This document shows positions 1 through 11,655 of a DNA stretch of 64,000 bases, one piece after another. Position numbers and translations under genes: made by a program. The notes under the pieces were generated by a model, which saw only the letters and a program-made list of their open reading frames with translations, searched no databases and was not told the DNA's origin. Position 1 is the first letter of the stretch. Every line of letters begins with the position of its first letter. The DNA is taken from positions 32,302,001 through 32,366,000 of the forward strand of contig OX597824.1 in NCBI GenBank assembly GCA_951406725.2. Direction: 5' to 3'. Origin of the DNA: Octopus vulgaris (lineage: Eukaryota).

Positions 1-347
1 AAGAAGTATTTCATCTGTCTTTACGTTGAGTTCAAATTCTGCCGAGGTCAACTTTGTCTTTCATCTCTTCGGAGTCGATAAACTAAGTACCAGTTACGCA
101 CTGGGGTCGATGTAATCGACTTAATCCATTTGTCCTTGTTTGTCCCCTCTGTGTTTAGCCCCTTGTGGGTAGTAAAGAAATAGGTATTTCGTCTGTCTCT
201 ACGTTCTGAGTTCAAATTCCGCCAAGGTCGACTTTGCCTTTCATTCTTTTAGGGTTGATAAATTAAGGACCAAGTTGCGTACTAGGGTTGATCTAATCGA
301 CTGGCCCTTCCCCCAAATTTCCGGCCTTGTGCTTAAAGTAGAAAAGA
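1..347 (+). mobile_element. SINE family A (tRNA-derived, Meta/Sauria-like core), two tandem partial copies
   Basis: B-box GTTCAAATTCC; core gtcgactttgcctttcatcctttcggggtcgataaa; many copies in the window. Confidence 0.8.
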
Positions 348-1439
348 AGTTTCAAAAAAGTTTATATTGATGCAAACACAACCAACACAACCACAAACAA
401 CATAAAATTCGCCTATATGTACATGCACAGACACCCGCAGCATAAAAAGCTATTGTCCTTGAAAAAAAAAAGAATGAGAAAAGCATTACGGCACATCGTC
501 TGCCAACTACAAACACATATGTATGATATTATTTTCTGTGTTGTGACCATGTATTTGGTCTATATTGTGATCCTTTGTGACGCTTTGTGACCATTTTGAA
601 CCGTTTCTCTTATGGTTGTGAAAATTTTGCCCTTATGGTTTCAATAATGTTTATAAACTGTAATTGTCTTTGTTGTTTCAACTGCTAATTTTTTACTGCA
701 TATTTTCGTTTCGTTTGCGGTATGACAAACTCACTGCAACGAGACTACTGTAACGAGATCCCGACTGAGATTTGAACCATGGCTCTCAGATTTTCCTAGT
801 CTAGAATCACGAACTAATGTATCTCCATAAAAGGAAAAGTATCGCCATAAAAACGTTTTAACACTTACGTGAATATGGCTCGGCTAATCGTCTCTGGCTG
901 ACTCATTATGGTTGAGGCAGCGATCTTCATAAGAAATACGTGTTTTACCCGCCTAACAGTTGGTATAACTATGAATTTTTGAAAATATTTAAATGTAATT
1001 TTTACCATGCTATTTCTTGGAGAACATCCAAAAATAAACATTTTGATACCTCATTTATGAAATTTGGACAAATATTTTAGGAAATATGACCACATGAATG
1101 GTAAACAAATTGGTTGAAGTTTTGGTTAATTTGCCTAAATGATTAAGTTGCTATATTTGAAACTAAGGTGATAATCATCTTAAAATCACACAAATTAATA
1201 GTGACCAGGGTATAGTAGTTGCCTATTTTTGTTTTTTCTGACTCTTGGAGAGAAAACTTCTTTTGGCAATATTTTAGATATGTTTACGTAAAGCCTATTT
1301 TGTTACGTGTAACAAATGGTCGATTTTGCAGTGTTTTCAGACCTAGCTAAATCCAAAATAATTATAAGTCACAAGAACTTGAATTTTGGCACGTTTGTAA
1401 CAGGTACGAACACTAGCGTAGCGGGGTGGAGGCTAACGT

Positions 1440-1675
1440 TTCTTATTTCTTTATTGCCCACAAGGGGCTAAACATAGAGGGGACAAACAAGGACAGACAA
1501 AGGTATTAAGTCGATTACATCGACCCCAGTGCGTAACTGGTACTTAATTTATCGACCCCGAAAGGATGAAAGGCAAAGTCGACCTCGGTGGAATTTGAAC
1601 TCAGAACGTAACGGCAGACGAAATACAACTAAGCATTTCGTCCGGCGTGCTAACGTTTCCGCTATCTCGCCGCCT
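1440..1675 (-). mobile_element. SINE family A
   Basis: Full-length copy; others near 4915(+), 22314, 25728, 29554, 30620, 31710, 49473, 50450, 51766 (all minus unless marked). Confidence 0.8.
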
Positions 1676-1689
1676 TTAACGACCCACTT

Positions 1690-1975
1690 AATGTCACTTC
1701 TAACAACTCACACCTCTACGCATATACTACTACTCTTCAATCTTTGACCTGCTATCTCTTGACACTGAGCTTTCATGAGTCATGAAACCGGCTTTTGAAA
1801 ATGTTGTGTGACCACAGAGAGAACAAGTAAGAGTATATCTAGACCTTCTGTTATACAGTTGTCCAACGACCTGCAGTTTTCGGAAGTTACCTTTTACTTT
1901 TGGAAAAGCAATTTGATTTTTCCCAAACTGCTAGCTATTCTTTCTTTTTACAGCCACCATTCACTTTTCTTCATA
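1690..1975 (-). mobile_element. Old LINE 3' fragment (RTE-like C-terminal zinc finger); second copy near 4231-4905 split by two SINEs
   Basis: Minus frame reads TCSLCGHTTFSKAGFMTH; diverged direct copy visible at 4231-4905. Confidence 0.45.
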
Positions 1976-2108
1976 TAAACTACATGGATTAAAGTACTGA
2001 GAAATCAAACTTTAGTACAGTCTCGTCTTCACACGCAACCTACAATATGCATAGCCCAAGAAGACTATATAACTAGCCATCACATTAAACGCCAATGAGT
2101 TTTCTAAA

Positions 2109-2461
2109 TCTATAAAACAGTCCTTGGACGAAAATTGTATGCACATTTTACTTTGACGGTTAATTGCGTGATGAGGATGAGACCCGCGATGGTTAAAATT
2201 CGCAAGCTAGAAAGATGTGGTTGTTATGGCAAAAAGAGTGATTTTTTTATCGATTGAAGGGGGCCCAGAGCCCCTCTAGGTTTGTGCAATTGACTTTTAA
2301 TGCCCAACGGCATGCACTGCAGGCTGTTGTGCTTAATAAACATACATTTTGTTGCGACATTCCGGCTGCTAGGAAACGACGATTTTAATAAAATTTTCGT
2401 TTTTTTTTTTTAATTCTTCATTTTTAAAATGTGGCCCGAGTAGACCGGGTTATAATACTAG
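2109..2461 (+). mobile_element. Non-autonomous Helitron-like element (second family)
   Basis: A|TCTATAAA start, CCCGAGTAGACCGGG hairpin, CTAG|T end; internal part recurs inverted near 19610-19720. Confidence 0.6.
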
Positions 2462-2854
2462 TCAGCTATATTTTTATATCGTTGTGTGAGTAGTTTTATG
2501 GGTGTGGTTTATGTGCAATCTGTGGCAATACTAATTACTGGGTCTTCAGCTATACTTCTATTTCCTTGTGCGACTGGTTTTATGGGTGCGGTTTGTGTAC
2601 AATTTGTGGCAGTGCGAATTACTCTTTCGAGAAAATTACATTTTATTAATGTTTATGGTATATTTCCGAATGACTGCGGCTATGTTAAGGCACCGCCAGT
2701 GAAACCTAGTCTGGTACTTATTCCATCAGTCTCTTGTGTCGAACCGCTAAGTTACGGGGAAGTAAATGCATCAACACCAGTTGTCAAACGGTGGTGCGGG
2801 ACAACACACACACCATATTATATATATATGTATATATATATGTATAATAATAAT

Positions 2855-3104
2855 AAATGCGCCCTTTTAAAGCCTAGCCAGGCTCATGGGCCCGGTTTCC
2901 CGGTTTCCATGGTGTATGTGTTCCCCAGCTGGATGGGACGCCAGTCCATCGCAACGTTACTCATTTTTGCCAGCTGAGTGGACTGGAGCAACGTGAAATG
3001 AAGTGTTTTGCTCAAGAACACAACGCATCGCCCGGTCCAGGAATCGAAACCACAATCTTACGATCATGATGCTGACACCCTAACCACTAAGCCACGCGCC
3101 TCCA
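2855..3104 (-). mobile_element. SINE family C (tRNA head, V-domain-like gcgatggactggcgtcccatccag), nested in a family-B SINE
   Basis: A/B boxes TGGCTTAGTGG, GTTTCGATTCC; near-identical copy at 41015-41266; variants near 4432, 8600, 12035, 28303, 40745, 50905, 56530, 61850. Confidence 0.8.
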
Positions 3105-3715
3105 CATATATATGTATGCATGTATGTATGTATGTATGTATGTATGTATGTATGTATGTATATATGTATGTGCGCACACGTACGTACGCATACACGCACA
3201 CACGCACACACACACACACAGACGCATACACACACACACACGACGGGTTTCAGTTTCTATCGACCAAATCTACTCACAAAGCTTTGGTCAACTCGAAGCT
3301 ATGGTGAAAGACACTTGCCCAAGGTGTAACGCAGTGAGACTGATTCCAGAACCATGTTGTTGGGAAGAAAACTTCTAAGCTCACAGTCACGCCTGCGTCT
3401 CACCAGTTCAGTTAAATGTCGTCTAAGTGGAATTGACGAAGCTTTAAGTTAATACTATGCAGAATAGACACAATAATAAGAAAATTATATACCCTACAAA
3501 AGTCTCCAGAACAACTGTCTAGGAGTGGCTGTGTGGTAAGTTGATTGCTTACCAACCACATGGTTCCGGGTTCAGTCCTACTGCGTGACACCATGGTCAA
3601 GTATCTTCTACTATAGCCACGGGCCGACCAGAGCCTTGTGAGTGGATTTGGTAGACGGAAACTGGAAGAAGCCCGCTGTAATATATATATATCTATATAT
3701 ATATATATATATATG

Positions 3716-3755
<40 letters not shown>

Positions 3756-6716
3756 TTGTCTCACCAACATTGCTTGACAACCGATGCTGGTGTGTTTACG
3801 TTAGAACAAGTACTAGGCTTACAAAGAATAAGTCCTGGGGTCGATTTGTTCGACTAAAGGCGGTGCTCCAGCATGGCCACAGTCAAATGACTGAAACAAG
3901 TAAAAAAAAAAAAAAAAGAAGAGTAAAGCCGTTTCAGTGCAGTTGCTTCTCTCTCTGCTTTCTTTTGTTTTTAATCGGGGAATTAACTCGAAGTGATGCC
4001 ATGTAGACAATTTGTTGTAAGTTATCAAATTTGATCGAATTCATTGAAACAGGCTTTCAAGGTTCCATGAGATTTAAACGTTTACTGATCGTTAGTAACG
4101 ATTTCATTTATTGAAAAAATACATTATTTACTTTGTTGACATACTTCGGTTTTTACTCAACACAATATTTATATAAACGGTTCGATTATGTTTTGACCAT
4201 CATTCATTCTGTGTAATAAAGCCCTACTTCTTGTCACTTCCAACAACTCCCCTCTACATATATTCTTTTCTACTCTAGGCACAAAACCCGAAATTTTTGT
4301 GGAGGGGTCAGTCGATTAGATCGATCCCAGTACGGAACTGGTACTTAATTTATCGACCTCGAAAGGATGAAAGGCAAAGTCGACCTCCCACAACGCATAT
4401 ATTACCGCTCTTCAAGCTCTCAGTGAAGATGCATGCTCAGTGGTCAGAGAATCGGGCTTACAATCATGTGGTTGTAAGTTCGATTCCCGGACCGGGCTGT
4501 GTGTTGTGTTCTTGAGCAAGGTACTTTATTTCACGTTGCTCCAGTTCACTCAACTGTAGAAATGAGTTGCGATGTCACTGGTGCTTTGGATAATATTAAT
4601 GGCGTGGAGATAGGATACTGGCATGAATGGGCGACTGCTGGTCTTCCACAAACAAGCTTCCCCGGACTCGGAGGGGAACTTTCTAGGTGCAATCCCATGG
4701 TCATTCGTGACCGAAGCGGAGTCTTTACCCGTACCTTTACCCTCAATCTCTTGGCGTATGAACTTTCATGGATGAAACCGGCTTTTGAAAATGCAGTGCG
4801 ACCACATCTCTAGACTTCATACCATACAGTTGTTCAACGACCTGCAGTTCAATTTTTTTCCACACTGCTGGCTATTCTTCCTTGCTATAACAGCTATTCA
4901 CTTTTGTTCGGTGAGAGATGTTCCAAACAATCTTAGCGGCATTTCGTCCGTCTTTACGCTCTGGGTTCTTATTTCGCCGAGGTCGATTTTACCTTTCATC
5001 CTTTCGGAATTGATAAAATAAATATCAGTTGAGCACTGGGTCAATTGACTATTCCCCCACCCCAAAATTTCAGGCCTTGTGCCTATAATAGAAAGGATTA
5101 TTATCATTCAATTTCATCGAAATCAAATATATTTCCTTTTTTGCTCTGTGATTCAATGTTTTTTTTTTTGTGTTTTTATTTTGCAAGCTTTACAAAATGA
5201 AAATTTGTTCTATGGAGTTCTCGCCAAGAAGGATTTTATTTATCTGTGGATGTCTGCTCTTGACGGCAGGAAGTTAACGAGTAAAGGTTTAGTTTGTTTT
5301 TACAATATTACAGGATATTCATAAATTATCTTTACAACTTCCACAGTTTATTGTATCTATTAAAGTTGAAAACTATCTCCCAATTTCTAGGCAGCCAGTG
5401 GAACCCACTAAGAAGTGTTCTGATGCTTCTAATAAAACTTAATTTGTCCTTCTGTATTTTCCAATGAACTCTGACTCTCTTTTACTCTTTTACTTGTTTC
5501 AGTCATTTGACTGCGGCCATGCTGGAGCACCGCCTTTAGTCGAGCAAATCGATCCCGGGACTTATTCTTTGTAAGCCCAGTCTCTTTTGCCGAACCGCTA
5601 AGTGACGGGGACGTAAACACACCAGCATCGGTTGTCAAGCAATGCTAGGGGCACAAACACAGACACACAAACATATACACACACATACATATATATACAT
5701 ATGTACGACAGGCTTCTTTCATTTCCGTCTACCAAATCCACTCACAAGGCATTGGTCGGCCCGGGGCTATAGCAGAAGACAATTGCCCAAGATGCCACGC
5801 AGTGGGACTGAACCCGGAACCATGTGGTTGGTAAGCAAGCTACGTACCACACAGCCACTGCTGCGCCTATGAGTTATTATTTTCCCTTCTTTTTCTCTTC
5901 TGAATTTCTCAAATTGAAGAGGTAATTTATGGACATTCTGTAAACTTTCTTTCATATTTTGATGACAATTTCTACGTCAAAATACCAACTGAATAAGCTG
6001 CACGATGTACGTGGATACTCTGTTAAAAGGCAGAAAAATGCAGTATTCGTCTAGGGAAAGCCTTTTTGTGTTAAAAACCACAAAATAATATCGCTATCAG
6101 ATAAAAAGCGTCTAGTAATAGCAGCAGAGTTGTTAAACTAAGATACCTGCTTCTTTGAGTACCACCAGTAGCAAGTATCTACTTGCAGCTGTATGCTTAG
6201 ACAAATTTAGCCTCTATTAATATAGAAAAACAATAATTAACAAATCATTGGTGTCGCAAATAACCGGCCAGCAGGCTAAAAATTCGTTATTAGCGACGGA
6301 AGCAAAATTAGTTCAGAATAACATTCTGTTTATTTTACTTAATATAGCTACACTGTAGAAAGTTATAGAACGTCGATATTCGCCTCGCGAAAGAATCTCC
6401 TATGGACGTATAGTGCTAAAAACCCACAGAAAGTCCATTCTTTTGTTAAAGACTAAATATCATACCATACGGACATACGCGCAATCATTATTATAATAAG
6501 GATCATTGTTAAATCCTTATTATTACGCGCGCGTGCGAGCGCATGTGTTTGTGTGTAATGTATTTATAAAATTTAGTTACTATTCGGTTTGAAGCTTTCA
6601 TTTTCTTTTGAAGCCTAGACGACGCAACAAGAAAATTGGACCTCGAACTTCTTAAAATCGTATCCTATTATAAAATGAATGACATGAAAATAACGGTTAT
6701 AATTTTATATACATAA

Positions 6717-7112
6717 CTAGCAGTATCGCCCGGCGTTGCTCGGGTTTGTTTCGACCCTTTAGAATTAGAATTTTTGAAAAGTAAAAATTTTGCCTTATGT
6801 AGCTTGTTATTCTCTTTAAGTGAACATTTTCCTGGTTGAAATACACCGAAAAATGGCGACACAGCAGTAAAAAAATCGTAAAAAATAGGGATTTTCATAA
6901 AAAAAAGCACGTTTTTGATGTAGATAATTTTTGGTGTTAACATGGTCCAATTTTAATTTTTTTCTTCTGCAGAAGGAAGAGCAAGCCTTCTTCTATCATA
7001 CTCTCAATTTTGGTCAACTTGCGCCGCAGGGTCTCGGAGGAGATAGTGTTAGTTGAAGGTTACCAAACCTGCCACACACAGACAACTTCAGCTTTATATA
7101 TGTATAGAGAGA
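6717..7112 (-). mobile_element. Non-autonomous Helitron (about 395 bp)
   Basis: A|TC 5' end, 3' hairpin CCCGAGCAACGCCGGG plus CTAG|T; second copy at 43334-43727. Confidence 0.85.
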
Positions 7113-7262
7113 TAAACGCATCATATATAATTATGACGTTTTATAATGTAAATCTAACAAGTTTAAAACTTCGCTTTTTATACATTTGAAGTTAAAAAAA
7201 AATATGAGTGAATAGGAGGAATTAATTTGTTGGAATATATTTCCTCATTTCCTACAAGAACT

Positions 7263-7655
7263 ATGTCTGCCACTGAAAACGTTGACTCTTCCTCTGGATT
7301 TGAGACTAAAGGTCATAGACTGGAGGTAGATCTCACTGATGTTTTCGGAATTCGTGTCGGAAATAAAAATCAGTTATTCACATTCTATCCTGGATCAATT
7401 TCTGACGGAAAACTATCAAGAGATTCTAGTGACATCACCATCAATAGTGACTCCACTTCGCTTGATATAAGAAATATTGTAGATGAAATAAAAGAAATTA
7501 AAGCAAACATGGTTACAAGGTCCTGCTATTGTAAGCTGAAAGAAGAAAACGAATGCTTGCATCGAATGATTCACGCTTTGAAAGATTCAAACGAGCAAAT
7601 ATTTCGTAAAATTGCTAAAGAATTATTTGAACTCAAACAACGAGGTACAATGTAA
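7263..7655 (+). CDS. Candidate small protein or terminal exon (130 aa) with C-terminal coiled-coil, function unknown
   Basis: Non-repetitive 390-nt ORF in AT-rich DNA; pyrimidine-rich acceptor-like ttcctcatttcctacaag ending 7258; ATG at 7263; heptad-like C-terminus; AATAAA at 7855-7860. Confidence 0.45.
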   Translation: MSATENVDSSSGFETKGHRLEVDLTDVFGIRVGNKNQLFTFYPGSISDGKLSRDSSDITINSDSTSLDIRNIVDEIKEIKANMVTRSCYCKLKEENECLHRMIHALKDSNEQIFRKIAKELFELKQRGTM

Positions 7656-8001
7656 TCAAAGACAACTATTTAACTCAGTACAACAGAGAATAATAATTTC
7701 TCTAAGTCCAGTCGAATATTTAAACATTTTATTTGGTTAATATGTCATCTTCCTGTTTCGATTTCAAGATGACACCGTTTCACTTTACATTCTTTATTTA
7801 GAAAAGATATGAATACCACAGCATCTTATTTTCTTCTCTCCTAAATTAAGAGACAATAAATACAAGTTTTAAGATTTAAAATATGCTAATGATTTCTTTA
7901 CTTAAGGGATATTCCAATTCTGATACAAATTTTGATTAACTAACACAAGGGCAAAGAAACCTTCATTTCGTGTGTTCCTTTATTCTTTTATATGTCCATA
8001 T

Positions 8002-8165
8002 AGGCGCAGGAGTGGCTGTGTGGTAAGTAGCTTGCTTACCAACCACATGGTTTCGGATTCAGTCCCACTGCGTGGTACCTTGGGCAAGTGTCTTCTACTA
8101 TAGCCTCGGGCCGACCAAAGCCTTTTGAGTGGATTTGGTAAACGGAAACTGAAAGAAGCGTGTCG

Positions 8166-8255
<90 letters not shown>

Positions 8256-8480
8256 GTGTGTACATGTTTGTGTAGCTGTGTATGTCACACACCCCAACAT
8301 CACTTGACAACCGATGCTGGTGTGTTTGCGTCCTCGTAACTTAGCGGTTCGGCAAAAGAGATCGATAGAATAAGTACTAGGCTTACAAAGAATAAGTCCT
8401 GGGGTCGATTTGTTCAACTAAAGGCGTTGCTCCAGCATGGCCGCAGTCAAATGACTGAAACAAGTAAAAGAGTAAAAGAG
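8002..8480 (+). mobile_element. SINE family B (tRNA-derived, internal TA/TG microsatellite, (TAAAAGAG)n tail)
   Basis: A-box TGGCTGTGTGG and B-box-like GATTCAGTCCC (GGTTCAGTCCC in other copies); other copies near 3521(+), 5473, 26705, 36713, 37305, 44988, 47268, 47946, 53865 (minus unless marked). Confidence 0.85.
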
Positions 8481-9601
8481 TATATATTTTTCACACGAGC
8501 ATAAATACTTTAGCTCGAAATTCCAGATCTATTGGGAGAAATAAATAAATTTGAGGTGTTCATATATTTTCCAAATACAGTAAAAGCAAAAAATAAAGTA
8601 AGTCTTCTGGCCATTACTGTCTCAAGTCTTAGGACTCATGGGGGACAGCTACTCAGTTCCCATGGTGAATGAGTGGAGTCACAACATTCACTCTGAACGG
8701 AATACAAGTTCATGACAGGGTTACTCACTTATAGCAGAGTGGATTGGAGCAATGTGAAATGAAGCGTTTTGTTCAAGAACACAAAGCATCGCCTAGTCCT
8801 GGAATCGAAGCCAAAATCTTACGATCATATGAGCAACAGCCTAATCATTAGGTCACTTGCTTTCACACCGAATAGAGTATCCGCACAACAAAGCACTTTC
8901 AACTGGTTTTCGAAACGGAATTCGGAATGATGTGGTCGAGAACCTTGTACCGCTTGACGGCGCTCCCTGCTACAAATTTTTACATGAAGAGTAATGTTGA
9001 TGATGATGATTATCACTTGCCATAAACATTAATACTGGGAAATTGAATCCCGTCTATTCATTTACATCCGTGGTTTCCAAACAGCTTCGTGCTACCGCCC
9101 TCTTGACACCAAAGCCACATTCCTAGTCCCCTCCTCCACTCACCACCACAAATGTAGGCTACTTTCTGCAGCAAATTCAAAACAATTGTATTTCATAAAT
9201 AAAATCTGACCTAAACGACCCATTAATTTGTTGTATTTACATTCATCGGCCCCTTTTAGTTAACCCATTACTGCCCCACTTTTCTTCAACGTCCCCACGC
9301 TGAATCTTTCCAATGCCCCCTGGGAGGCAGTACCGCTCATCGGCGAAAGTGATCGATAGAATAAATACCAAGCTTAAACAGAAAGTACTGGGATCCATTC
9401 GTTGGACTAAAATTCTTCAAGACGGCAACCTAGCATGGCCGCAGCCCAATGACTGAAACAAGTAAAAAGAATAAAAGAAATAACCGTTTACAGAAACACA
9501 GAATGAACTAAACAGAATAAGAGACACATGGGATGGAGAGTCGTTGAAGAGGTCACAAGCTGAGGGGGTTTTCAATCAAAAGACACTAAACTAAGAATAA
9601 T

Positions 9602-10168
9602 AATCATTTCTACTAAAGGTGCAAGGCCTGAAATTTGCGGGGACGGAGCTAGTCGATTAGATCAACCCCAGTACGTAACCGGTACTTAATTTATCGACCC
9701 CGATGAAAGGCAAAGTCGATCTCGGCGGAATTTGAACTCAGAACGTAGCGACGGGCGAAATACCTATTTCTTTACAACCCACAAGGGGCTAAACACAGAG
9801 AGGACAAACAATGACAGACAAACAGATTAAGTCGATTATATCAACCCCAGTGCGCAACTGGTACTTATTTAATCGATCCCGAAAGGATGAAAGGTAAAGT
9901 CGACCTCGGCGGAGTTTGAACTCAAAACGTAGTGGCAGACGAAATACCTATTTTTTTACTACCCATAAGGGGCTAAACACAGAGAGGACAAACAAGGACA
10001 GACAAACGGATTAAGTCGATTCCATCGACCCCAGTGCATAACTGGTACTTATTTAATTGACCCCGAAAGGATGAAAGGCAAAGTCGACCTCGGCGGAATT
10101 TGAACTCAGAACGTAACGGCAGACGAAATACCGCTAAGCATTTCGTCCAGCTTGCCAGCTCACCGCTT
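9602..10168 (-). mobile_element. SINE family A, three tandem units
   Basis: Roughly 180-bp unit repeated three times head to tail. Confidence 0.8.
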
Positions 10169-10183
10169 TTAAAGTAAGAATAA

Positions 10184-10345
10184 CAACAGCACACAGAGAG
10201 CGCAAACCTCCGCCAACGCAACACCAACATCCTCTCACTGATTAACCGGAGATGATTTTTAAGATGAGAATATCTGAAATAAAATCGACTGCTCTCACAA
10301 ACGAGAATACTAAAAAATTACTCGATCGCTTTCAAACGGAAAAAC
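10184..10345. mobile_element. Interspersed repeat, possibly Helentron-associated (copy near 28575-28770)
   Basis: Two diverged copies starting aacaa(g)agcactcagagagcgcaaacctccgccaa. Confidence 0.4.
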
Positions 10346-10504
10346 AATTCAAATATATATATATATATTGAGTGAGATGTGAAGGGAGAGAATATGAAAT
10401 ACCAATACAGAGATTGTCACGCATTTACTATCATAAGATTCACGGCAGAGTGAGCCATAATTATCACTGTGCAAAAGTTGCCAGATTTTAATTTTGTATT
10501 CTCA

Positions 10505-10561
<57 letters not shown>

Positions 10562-10573
10562 TAATAATGATAA

Positions 10574-11279
10574 TACCAAAAACATGTAATGAAAAGAAAT
10601 ATTACAAGTAACTGCAGAATATGTGGAGATGGACAAGAAACAATAAATCATATTATCTCTAGCTGCCCAGTCCTGGCTAAGAAGGAATATATTCACAGAC
10701 ATGACAGAGTTGGAACCTACATACATTGGAAGCTATGCCAACATTATGGAATAACAACAGAAAAAAGATGGTATAGGCACACACCAGAAAAGGTCACAGA
10801 AAACGAGAAAGCAACCATACTCTGGGATATGCCGATACACACAGACAGAGAAATTAAGGCCAACAGACCAGATATAGTTGTCAGAGACCATGGAGGAAAA
10901 AAATGCTTTCTAATTGATGTATCAATACCGGCTGATGACAACGTGTCTCTAAAAGAAATGGAGAAACTCTCAAAATACAAAGACCTGGAAATAGAGGTAA
11001 CTAGAATGTGGAATCTGAAAACAGAAACAATTCCTATCATAGTAGGTGCATTAGGCATGATAAAAAAATATTCAGACAAATACATAACAAAAACACCAGG
11101 ACTTACAAACACATATAACATACAGAAAATTGCACTACTAGGCACTGCACACATCCTACGCAGAACACTTTCCACACAATAACCATCAGAGCATCACAAC
11201 AAATCACAGCACATACCCAAGGCACACAGAGCTGCGCTCTGTAGTGAAGTGAAAGCACGCTATAAAAATAAAACTACTG
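10574..11279 (+). mobile_element. 5'-truncated R4/Dong-type non-LTR retrotransposon (CCHC knuckle plus restriction-like endonuclease)
   Basis: ORF 10589-11182: CRIC...HIISSC, RHD, RPDIV...IDV...EKLSKY, IPIIVGALG; flanked on both sides by (AAT)n. Confidence 0.88.
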
Positions 11280-11316
11280 AATAATGATAATAATAATGAT
11301 AATAATAATAATAATA

Positions 11317-11655
11317 TTGGTGCCAACATACACCGGAAAAGGTAATGGACAAAAATGGGAAGGCAAAAATCCTCTGGGACTTTGATTTCCAGACAAAGTG
11401 TTCAAATTCCTTAAACAACCCATATTCAGGGACCTTTTGAACAGGATGGGTTACTCGACCAGAAGAAAATTCTAACTGGGCCCCACCTGTAAGGTCATAC
11501 GCTGTTTATCTTGATATGAGATCACCATGTCGCGCACATATGGTTGTGATGCATGTACCTAGTGTACCCTTATCAGACGGGTAATCATGATAGGTATACT
11601 GGGCTTCGTATATTTTACCCCAGTGTCACTTTGATGGCATGCACTGCTCTCTCAT
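11317..11655 (+). mobile_element. Internally deleted R4/Dong-type fragment with probable 3' UTR
   Basis: WCQHTPEKVMDKNGKAKILWDFDFQT matches the neighbouring ORF; the downstream part recurs near 51470-51718 ending in (AAT)n. Confidence 0.65.

Noticed and set aside
6614-6668. Possible upstream exon for the 7263 ORF with a U12-like donor GTATCCTA (also an exon-like stretch at 5188-5287)
   Set aside because: The donor deviates from GTATCCTT, the branch site is weak, and the coding phases do not match the 7259 acceptor; unsupported without RNA data.
8002-8085. tRNA-like sequence with A/B boxes (and similar heads elsewhere)
   Set aside because: These are SINE heads continuing into SINE bodies; no complete cloverleaf.
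9602-10168. Regularly spaced repeats resembling a CRISPR array
   Set aside because: Tandem units of about 180 bp from one SINE, with no unique spacers and no cas genes; eukaryotic context.
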